Part shown: one piece after another, positions 57,277-64,000 of the stretch | How the letters are laid out: every line of letters begins with the position of its first letter | Position numbering within the stretch: position 1 is the first letter of the stretch | DNA from: Elusimicrobiota bacterium | Lineage (GTDB): Bacteria > CAYTYR01 > UBA6262 | Assembly: GCA_003153935.1 (NCBI GenBank) | Contig: PMCA01000027.1 | Coordinates: 9,405 to 73,404, forward strand | DNA: 64,000 nt | Direction: 5' to 3' | Program-made: the position numbers and the translations under genes | Notes under the pieces: generated by a model | The model's input: only the letters and a program-made list of their open reading frames with translations | Database searches by the model: none | Told to the model about the DNA's origin: nothing

Positions 57277-58750
57277 TTTCTGGCCTCATCTGCGGGAACA
57301 GGATCACGTCGCGGATAGAAGGTGAATTGGTCAGGATAATGACTAAACGGTCGATACCGATGCCCAACCCGCCGGTAGGCGGCATGCCATACTCCAGCGC
57401 GCGGATAAAATCTTCATCCATAAGCTGGGCTTCCTCATCGCCCTTTTCCCGTTCCTTAAGTTGCTGCTCCATCCGTTTTCTCTGCTCGATCGGATCGTTC
57501 AGCTCGGAATAGGCGTTAGCCAGTTCCTGCCCGCCGATAAATAATTCAAAGCGTTCCACCATTTCCGGGTTACTCTTGGAATTCTTAGCCAACGGCGACA
57601 GCTCCACCGGGTAATCGCAAATGAAAGTCGGCTGTATCAGTTTCTTTTCCACGCATTGTTCAAAGATGCAGCTGATTATCTTGTTATGGCTGGTGTTAGG
57701 GTCAAATTCCACCTGGAGATCGCTGGCGATCTTTTTTGTTTCCTCCAGGGTTTTAGGCACGGAGAAATCCACTTCGGCGTATTCCTTGATAGCGCCGATG
57801 AGGGTCAACCTTTTCCAGTCCCCGTCAAATTGGATAATATTACCGTTGTATTCCGTTTCCAGCTTGCCCAGGCATTCCTTAACCACCAGGGTGATCATCT
57901 CCCGGCATAGTTCCAGTACCTGGTTATAATCGGCATAGGCCTGGTATAATTCTATCATGGTAAATTCCGGGTTATGCCTAGTGGAAATACCCTCGTTGCG
58001 GAAATTACGGTTGACCTCGTACACTCTCTCCAATCCGCCCACGATCAAACGCTTTAAGTACAGTTCCGGCGCGATGCGCAGGAACAGGTCTATATCCAGG
58101 GCGTTATGATGCGTGCAGAACGGCTTGGCCGCCGCGCCGCCGGGGATGGATTGCATCATCGGCGTTTCCACTTCCAGGAAATTACGGCTGTCTAAATATT
58201 CCCTCATGGTCTTAATAACTTTGGACCGCAGGCGGAAAATACCCGCCACTTCGTCATTGGCGATCAGGTCAACATAACGCTGACGGTAACGGGTTTCGAT
58301 ATCGGTCAAACCGTGCCATTTTTCCGGCAGCGGCCGCAGGGCTTTGCTTAAGAGCGTTACCTGGTCCACATGTAAGGTTATCTCCCCGGTCCTGGTGCAG
58401 AATACTGAACCCTTCACGCCGATAATATCACCCATGTCCAGGGTCTTGAAAACCTCGTATTCCTGTTCGCCGATGACATCTTTCTTAACATATATCTGGA
58501 TCCGCCCGGCGGCGTCCTTAATATGGGCGAAACAGGCCTTGCCCATCAGGCGCATGGTCATGATCCTGCCGGCCACTACCAGGCTGCAGGTTTTATCCTC
58601 GGACCCCGGCGTCAGGTGTCCGTACTGCTTGCGGATATCCGCGCTGGAGGCAGTGACGGTAAACTTATTGGGATAAGGGTCTATCCCACTGGTTTTCAGG
58701 TCCTCTAATTTTTTACGGCGTTGCTGTAAAAGTTCATTAAGCTCTTCCAC
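57269..58750 (-). CDS. lysS: Lysine--tRNA ligase (class II)
   Basis: RYRQRYVDL, GGAAAKPF, FRNEG..RHNPEF, YGMPPTGG.GIDR. Confidence 0.98.
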   Translation of the reverse strand: MEELNELLQQRRKKLEDLKTSGIDPYPNKFTVTASSADIRKQYGHLTPGSEDKTCSLVVAGRIMTMRLMGKACFAHIKDAAGRIQIYVKKDVIGEQEYEVFKTLDMGDIIGVKGSVFCTRTGEITLHVDQVTLLSKALRPLPEKWHGLTDIETRYRQRYVDLIANDEVAGIFRLRSKVIKTMREYLDSRNFLEVETPMMQSIPGGAAAKPFCTHHNALDIDLFLRIAPELYLKRLIVGGLERVYEVNRNFRNEGISTRHNPEFTMIELYQAYADYNQVLELCREMITLVVKECLGKLETEYNGNIIQFDGDWKRLTLIGAIKEYAEVDFSVPKTLEETKKIASDLQVEFDPNTSHNKIISCIFEQCVEKKLIQPTFICDYPVELSPLAKNSKSNPEMVERFELFIGGQELANAYSELNDPIEQRKRMEQQLKEREKGDEEAQLMDEDFIRALEYGMPPTGGLGIGIDRLVIILTNSPSIRDVILFPQMRPENV

Positions 58751-58796
58751 GCTAACTCCTTTATCTGCCCTATTGGGAACGACAATATATTAAATT

Positions 58797-58826
58797 ATTA
58801 TAGTGCATCTGTCCGACGGATGTCAA
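58797..58826 (-). promoter_or_regulatory. Consensus sigma70 promoter for the lysS operon with a palindrome in the spacer
   Basis: TTGACA(58826-58821), 18-nt spacer, TATAAT(58802-58797). Confidence 0.8.
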
Positions 58827-58845
58827 TAGAATAAAACGGAAGGGT

Positions 58846-59637
58846 TTACCGGGGGGAGTTGAATCGGATGTTGATCATCTTGGGCGTGGTGGTGGCCCCC
58901 GCTTCCACGGGTTCCGGCTCAAGACCCAAATACGGCGCCGGCTGTGATATCCTGCCTACCCGGCTCAGGCCATTGATAAATTGCCTATAATGTTCTTCTT
59001 GCATCTGCAGGAATAGTTCCTGGCTATCGTTCTGCCGGAAGTATTTTTCCCGGTCAGCTACCTGCATTTCGATGGTATAAGGAGAAGCTGGAACGACTTG
59101 TGAAACCGCTGTGGCGCCGCAGGAGTCCTTAGCTGGCGCCAGGCTGAAACTATCGGCGCTTTCCTGGATCGCTCCTCCAGCCAGAGCCGGTGCGGGAGCT
59201 TCTTTCTTTTTCTCTGCCCCGCCTTTAGCCATAGATGTTTTTTCTAAAGCCCTCACCGAATTATTAACCACCGGCGCCAGCAGAGGCGCTATTTCCGTGC
59301 GGGTTGGGCTCGTTATTTTAGTGGCGTATTTGTTAATGGATACCGCGATCAGCAGTACCGCCATGGCAATAATTGCCGCTGGGACCGGCTTCCAGCTAAA
59401 GATCCCCCAAACGGGTTTACTGGCTAGTTTTCTCTCGATACCTTCCCAAATACCGGCGGGCGGTTCTACCTCTTCGAGTTCTCCCACCATCTTAATGGTC
59501 TGGCGGAGAGCGGCCAAGTCCTGCCGGCATTGGGCGCAGCCTGGCAGATGTTTATCTACCCGCTTCTTTTCTTCCGGAGAGCATATTCCATCTATATAAA
59601 AGGAAAGCAATTCGGTTACATGCTTATTGTTATCCAT
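58846..59637 (-). CDS. Anti-sigma factor, zf-HC2 (ZAS) domain + one TM (RsiW-like)
   Basis: HLPGCAQC (HxxxCxxC), TM PAAIIAMAVLLIAVSI; overlaps the ECF sigma stop. Confidence 0.88.
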   Translation of the reverse strand: MDNNKHVTELLSFYIDGICSPEEKKRVDKHLPGCAQCRQDLAALRQTIKMVGELEEVEPPAGIWEGIERKLASKPVWGIFSWKPVPAAIIAMAVLLIAVSINKYATKITSPTRTEIAPLLAPVVNNSVRALEKTSMAKGGAEKKKEAPAPALAGGAIQESADSFSLAPAKDSCGATAVSQVVPASPYTIEMQVADREKYFRQNDSQELFLQMQEEHYRQFINGLSRVGRISQPAPYLGLEPEPVEAGATTTPKMINIRFNSPR

Positions 59638-60220
59638 TTTGAATCACTCCCTTCAGTTTATCTTTTAATTCCAGCCGCGCCCGGGCCAGTCGGCTTTTCA
59701 CCGTGCCCAAATTGCATCCGGCTGCCGCGGCGATCTCGTCATAAGAGAACCCTTGTATATCGCGCAGGATTATCACTTCCCGATGTTCGGGGTTTAAAGT
59801 GGCAATAGCTTTCTGCACTTTGTCCCTTATCTCGCCCGCCTCCGCCTGCTTGGAGGGATCGGGACAACTTTTATCCTGTACTTCCACGGTCATTTCATCA
59901 TCTTCCGTTTCTATGGTCCGGTCCAAGGAATCGATATAGGGTTGGGAACGCCAACTGCGCAGCTTATTCTTGCAGGTATTGCAAGCGATGTAATAAAGCC
60001 AGGTGGAAAAACTGGCTTCTTCCCTGAAGTCTTTTATGCCTTTGAAAACCCGCACAAAAATATCCTGGGTCATATCTTTAGCCTCTTCCTGGTCGTTTAA
60101 GAAGCGGAAGCAGAGATTAAAGACCTTCTTCTGGTATTTAGCCACTAATTGGGAAAAGGCAACCTGGTCGCCCTTCTTGGTTAGTTCCACTAACCTGGGA
60201 TCTGCCGGATCTACTACCAA
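59630..60220 (-). CDS. ECF RNA polymerase sigma factor (SigW/RpoE-like)
   Basis: GDQVAF, DMTQDIF, FSTWLY, GFSYDEIA..GTVKSRLARAR. Confidence 0.93.
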   Translation of the reverse strand: MVVDPADPRLVELTKKGDQVAFSQLVAKYQKKVFNLCFRFLNDQEEAKDMTQDIFVRVFKGIKDFREEASFSTWLYYIACNTCKNKLRSWRSQPYIDSLDRTIETEDDEMTVEVQDKSCPDPSKQAEAGEIRDKVQKAIATLNPEHREVIILRDIQGFSYDEIAAAAGCNLGTVKSRLARARLELKDKLKGVIQNG

Positions 60221-60235
60221 GACTCTCCCCTTGTA

Positions 60236-60262
60236 TAGACAACTTTAGTCATAAAAAGTTCC
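60236..60262 (-). promoter_or_regulatory. ECF-type (autoregulatory) promoter
   Basis: Minus strand GGAACTT...GTCTA (GAACTT-16 nt-TCTA) directly upstream of the ECF sigma SD GGGGAG. Confidence 0.7.
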
Positions 60263-60271
60263 CTTAAAAAC

Positions 60272-60352
60272 AGTTACGAGTTTCGGGTTCCGAGTTTCGG
60301 GTTTTTGAATATTTAATTTATACCTTAACTCGTAACGCGTAACTCGCTAACT
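60272..60352. repeat. Heptamer-armed inverted repeat element D
   Basis: AGTTACG AGTTTCG GGTTCCG AGTTTCG GGTTTTT, spacer, CTTAACT CGTAACG CGTAACT CGCTAACT; the last unit contains the prfB stop. Confidence 0.85.
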
Positions 60353-61454
60353 TCTTTTATTAACTTCCTTATCCAGATATGCTTCCATGAACTTGTCCAA
60401 CTCACCGTCCATCACCGCCTGCACATTGCCTATTTCCACACCAGTACGATGGTCCTTGACCAGGGTATAGGGACAGAATACATATGACCGGATCTGGCTG
60501 CCCCAGGCAATAGCGCCCTTATCGTCATAATGCTTCTCGGCTTTTTGCCGTTTCTTTTCCTGGTCCAGCTCGAACAGCCTGGCCTTGAGCAGGTTCATGG
60601 CCGTGGCCCGGTTCTTGATCTGCGAACGTTCTTTTTGGCTCTGTACGACTGTACCTGTTGGTAAATGCGTAATGCGGATAGCCGATTCAGTTTTATTTAT
60701 GTGCTGGCCGCCATGGCCGCTGGCCCGGTAGGTATCGATGCGCAGGTCGCTTTCGTTTATCTCGATCTTGACTTCTTCGCTGATCTCGGGAATAACGTCG
60801 CAGGAGGCAAATGTGGTGTGGCGTCTCTTGTTAGCGTCAAACGGGCTGATGCGGACCAGGCGATGCACGCCGATCTCCGACTTCAAATAGCCGTAGGCGT
60901 ATTCGCCCTGCACCAGGAAAGTAACACTTTTAACGCCGGCTTCTTCTCCGGCCAGGATATCGATGATCTCGGTCTGGTAGCCCTTGCGCTCGGCCCAGCG
61001 CGTGTACATACGCAGCAGCATCTCCACCCAATCGCAGGCTTCGGTCCCGCCCGCGCCAGAGTGCAGGTTGACGATAGCGTTATGACGGTCGAATTCCCCG
61101 CTTAATTTGGCCCGGAATAACCGGCTCTTAAGCTCGTTCTCCAGCCTGGTCAGGTCTGTATCCGCCTGCCGGAGGAAACCATCGTCATTTTCCGCCTGTC
61201 CCAGCTCTCCCATATCCTGTATATTCTTGAATTCCGCCGCCAGGGTATCGCCGTCGCGCACCGCAGTTTTCAACTGGTTAAGTTTCTGCATGAGCTTCTG
61301 CGCGCCCTGCTGGTCGTTCCAGAAACCCGCCGCGCCGGTCTGGCTCTCGATCTCCGCTATTTCCCGGCGCTTGTTATCCAGATCAAAGGAACCCCCGATA
61401 TTTTACCAGCAGTTCCTGGACTTGTCCCATTTTTTCGGTCAAAGGATTAGGCAT
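60347..61454 (-). CDS. prfB: Peptide chain release factor 2 with programmed +1 frameshift
   Basis: ATG 61454 (SD AGGAGG) encodes 23 codons ending GGG TTC CTT TGA; the +1 frame continues DLDNKRRE..FWND into SPF and GGQ motifs. Confidence 0.96.
61382..61396 (-). promoter_or_regulatory. prfB +1 frameshift cassette (internal SD GGGGG + CTT TGA T)
   Basis: Minus strand GGGGG TTC CTT TGA T. Confidence 0.93.
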
Positions 61455-62976
61455 TGCTTTTCCTCCTGATCAAGCCCCCGAAATAACCCAGGATAACTAT
61501 TAACGAACAGCCTTTGGCGAACAGGTCACCGTATTTGGTATAGAAAGACATTTTATTCAACGGCGTGACCATGTGCACGGTAACCTGCGGTTGGAACAGT
61601 TCAGTTTGCGCGTAAATAGAGCCGTAAGGGTCTATATACCCGGAGATCCCGCTGGCCGTGCTCCTGATCACCCAGCGCCGGTTCTCGATGGCCCTGAACA
61701 CGTTCATATAAAAATGCTGGTAAGGAGCGGAGGTATTCAGATACCAGGAATCGATGGAAATGTTGACCAGTACCTCTGCGCCGTTCTTGCTCAGCCGGCG
61801 CACCAGGTCGGGGAAAATATCTTCATAGCAGATGCTGACGCCATAATTACTGTACGGACTTTTCAACAGGTTCAGTTTGTCGCCGGGAGTGAAGTCACCC
61901 ATATCCCTGACGATAGGTATGAATTTTTCCAGGTATTTCCGGAAAGGGAATATTTCGCCAAAAGGCACCAGATGCGTTTTATCGTACTGGCCGATAATAT
62001 CGCCTTCGGCGTTCACGCCAAAACAGGAAGTATAATATTTCGCGCCCTGGCGGTCCAAAGCGCCGACCAGTAGCGAAGCCTTGGCGCTCTTAGCCATTTC
62101 CCGCGTGCCCGCCAGCAGGTCCGGCTCCTCGCGCAATACTCCCGGGATGGCGGTTTCCGGGAAAACTATGACTTCCTGGAGGTCATTCTTTAACCGGTCC
62201 ACGAAGTACTGGTATTGACGCATAATATTTTTCTTGTTATCCGGCAGCCATTTGACATCAGGCGGGATGTTAGCCTGGATGATAGCCGTCTTAATAGGTT
62301 TACGATCATTATCCATGTTATCCCTGGCCATTATCACCAGGCCATAACCTATAGATAAAGACATTATCAGGATGACTACCTGGATACTTTGGACGCTTTG
62401 TTTGCGGTTAGACAACTGCCAGGCATAGCTTATTATCTTGGCCACTAAGGCGTTAAGCAGGACTATCAGGAAGCCGACGCCATAGACCCCGGTAAAAGAT
62501 GAGACTTGCGCTACCACCAGGTTATTCCACTGGCTGTAGCCCAGCAGGTTCCAGGGAAAACCGCTCAGCAAATAAGTGCGCAGATACTCCAGCGCCACCC
62601 ATAAGCTGGCGATCAGGAATATATTGAAGGAATAGAAATAACGGTTAAAGAAACTGGTCAGCCCGCAGAACAAACCGAAGTAGATAGCCAGGTAAGCCAT
62701 TAACAGGGCGCCGATAAGCAGGCTCAGGGGCCAGCTCAAAGCCCCATATTGGCGCAGGGTTTCAACCACCCAGTAAAGGGTAATGGCATAAAATACGAAT
62801 CCGGCCGTAAACCCCAGCCGTAATGAAGTTATATAATCCTCTCCTTCCAACACCACCAGCAGCGGCACCAGGCAGAACCAAGCCAGGAAGGATAAATTAA
62901 ATTTAGGAAAGGCCAGCGCCATCAGGACCGCCGACACTATCGCCAAAAATGTTTTGTTATATAAAATTTTAAGCAT
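61447..62976 (-). CDS. lnt: Apolipoprotein N-acyltransferase
   Basis: GFPWNLLGYSQ, FPETA, YDKTHLVPFGE, ICYED (E-K-C triad), RAIENRR. Confidence 0.95.
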   Translation of the reverse strand: MLKILYNKTFLAIVSAVLMALAFPKFNLSFLAWFCLVPLLVVLEGEDYITSLRLGFTAGFVFYAITLYWVVETLRQYGALSWPLSLLIGALLMAYLAIYFGLFCGLTSFFNRYFYSFNIFLIASLWVALEYLRTYLLSGFPWNLLGYSQWNNLVVAQVSSFTGVYGVGFLIVLLNALVAKIISYAWQLSNRKQSVQSIQVVILIMSLSIGYGLVIMARDNMDNDRKPIKTAIIQANIPPDVKWLPDNKKNIMRQYQYFVDRLKNDLQEVIVFPETAIPGVLREEPDLLAGTREMAKSAKASLLVGALDRQGAKYYTSCFGVNAEGDIIGQYDKTHLVPFGEIFPFRKYLEKFIPIVRDMGDFTPGDKLNLLKSPYSNYGVSICYEDIFPDLVRRLSKNGAEVLVNISIDSWYLNTSAPYQHFYMNVFRAIENRRWVIRSTASGISGYIDPYGSIYAQTELFQPQVTVHMVTPLNKMSFYTKYGDLFAKGCSLIVILGYFGGLIRRKSNA

Positions 62977-62978
62977 CT

Positions 62979-64000
62979 TTATTTATCGGCTCCACAACAC
63001 TTTTTATATTTTTTGCCGCTGCCGCAGGGACAGGGATCGTTGCGTCCGATCTTGTCCAGCTTCTGGGGCTGTTTCGGTTTACTGCTATTCGACATTCCGA
63101 TCTTGGACGGACCGGGTGTGCGCGAAACGCTGTCATTCTCTTGACGGCGCACGGGCGGTGGCGGACCGGCCACCAGTTTTACCTTGAAAATATAATCCGT
63201 GACCTCTTCTTTGATCCTCATGGTCATATTGCTGAATAAACGGTAAGCTTCAAGCTGGTATTCTACCAAAGGATCCTTCTGGCCGTAGGCCCGCAGGCTG
63301 ATCCCCTTGCGCAACTGGTCGATATCGTACAGGTGTTCCTTCCAGCAATTGTCCACCACCTGCAGCATGACCCGCTGCTCCAGGAACCGCATCATCTCCG
63401 GGCTCAGGGACCCTTCTTTCTGTTCATAGGCTTTCTTTATATCCGCCAGTAACCTTTCCTTGAAGGTCTCCTGGGTAAATTTAAGTATTTCATCATGGCT
63501 GAAATTAAAGTCCAGGCCGAAACTTTGCTTCAGCCAGGTCAATAACGCGGCGATCTCCCATTTTTCGGGGTATTCGCTGGCCGGGCAAAATGCCAGTAAC
63601 TTCTCGCCAACCACTTCATCCATCATTTCCAGGTAGCGGCCCTTCAGGTCCTCACCCTCGAGCACCATCTGACGCTGCTCGTATATAACTTCGCGCTGGG
63701 TGTTCATCACATTATCATAATCCAGTAATTGTTTCCTGATGTCAAAATTCATAGCTTCCACTTTACGCTGGGCCGATTCGATCGCGCGGGAGATCAAAGG
63801 ATGCTGTATCTCCTGACCCTGCTCCATGCCTAGCTTGTCCATGACATAGCTGATCCGGTCGGAACCGAACAGACGCATTAACTCATCCTCCAGCGATAAA
63901 TAGAATCGGCTGGATCCCGGATCACCCTGCCGGCCACTGCGGCCACGCAGCTGGTTATCAATGCGCCGGGATTCATGGCGTTCCGTGCCTAACACATGCA
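62979..64000 (-). CDS. secA: Preprotein translocase SecA (3' part)
   Basis: GTERHESRRIDNQLRGRSGRQGDPG; C-terminal SEC-C motif GRNDPCPCGSGKKYKKCCG. Confidence 0.98.
   Translation of the reverse strand, partial: HVLGTERHESRRIDNQLRGRSGRQGDPGSSRFYLSLEDELMRLFGSDRISYVMDKLGMEQGQEIQHPLISRAIESAQRKVEAMNFDIRKQLLDYDNVMNTQREVIYEQRQMVLEGEDLKGRYLEMMDEVVGEKLLAFCPASEYPEKWEIAALLTWLKQSFGLDFNFSHDEILKFTQETFKERLLADIKKAYEQKEGSLSPEMMRFLEQRVMLQVVDNCWKEHLYDIDQLRKGISLRAYGQKDPLVEYQLEAYRLFSNMTMRIKEEVTDYIFKVKLVAGPPPPVRRQENDSVSRTPGPSKIGMSNSSKPKQPQKLDKIGRNDPCPCGSGKKYKKCCGADK

Noticed and set aside
58751..58796. T-box or lysine riboswitch upstream of lysS (and of glyQ/hisS)
   Set aside because: The leaders are too short (about 10-40 nt) and lack the consensus motifs.
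11143..60352. Heptamer arrays as CRISPR arrays
   Set aside because: Units are 7 nt, degenerate and inverted, with no unique spacers and no cas genes in the window.
60347..61454. prfB as a pseudogene (in-frame TGA at codon 24)
   Set aside because: Matches the established programmed +1 frameshift cassette.
286..63187. Numerous plus-strand ORFs (60-260 aa) and short minus-strand alternative-frame ORFs
   Set aside because: All lie within well-supported minus-strand genes and have no recognisable motifs; they are shadow ORFs.
1..64000. All genes on one strand as an anomaly
   Set aside because: Consistent with ordinary leading-strand clustering of housekeeping operons; not distinctive without the genome context.

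Overview
Conserved chromosomal backbone of a diderm (LPS-producing) bacterium. All ~45 credible genes lie on the minus strand, mostly in tightly coupled operons. In transcription order (right to left): secA(3' part), lnt, prfB (+1 programmed frameshift), ECF sigma and anti-sigma, lysS, lolC/E, lolD, ilvE, clpC, tamB-like, bamA, skp, lpxD, lpxC-fabZ fusion, lpxA, lpxI, gnnA-like, lpxB, msbA, DUF374 acyltransferase, waaA, two GT9, cstA, a large DUF2334 deacetylase fusion, GT2, GT4; then an unannotated 464-aa protein, an Endo IV-fold TIM barrel, hisS, aspS, phoH, HDIG/PgpH, ybeY, dgkA-PAP2, CNNM/corC, a PRC-like protein, an NRAMP-related transporter, recO, glyQ, glyS, ppdK, tamA and a second tamB (partial). 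The gene order resembles that of Elusimicrobiota/PVC-adjacent candidate lineages (inference only). Most interesting: (1) the 464-aa ORF (21997-23391) carries all three archaeo-eukaryotic primase motifs fused to a PriL-like 4-Cys C-terminus, has its own sigma70 promoter and is followed by an Endo IV-fold metalloenzyme; (2) five intergenic inverted-repeat elements whose arms are tandem 7-nt units; (3) a YdaL/YdaM-like exopolysaccharide module with a ~1310-aa deacetylase/hydrolase fusion. No rRNA, tRNA, CRISPR array or transposase was recognised. All calls are from reading the sequence; no database search was run.
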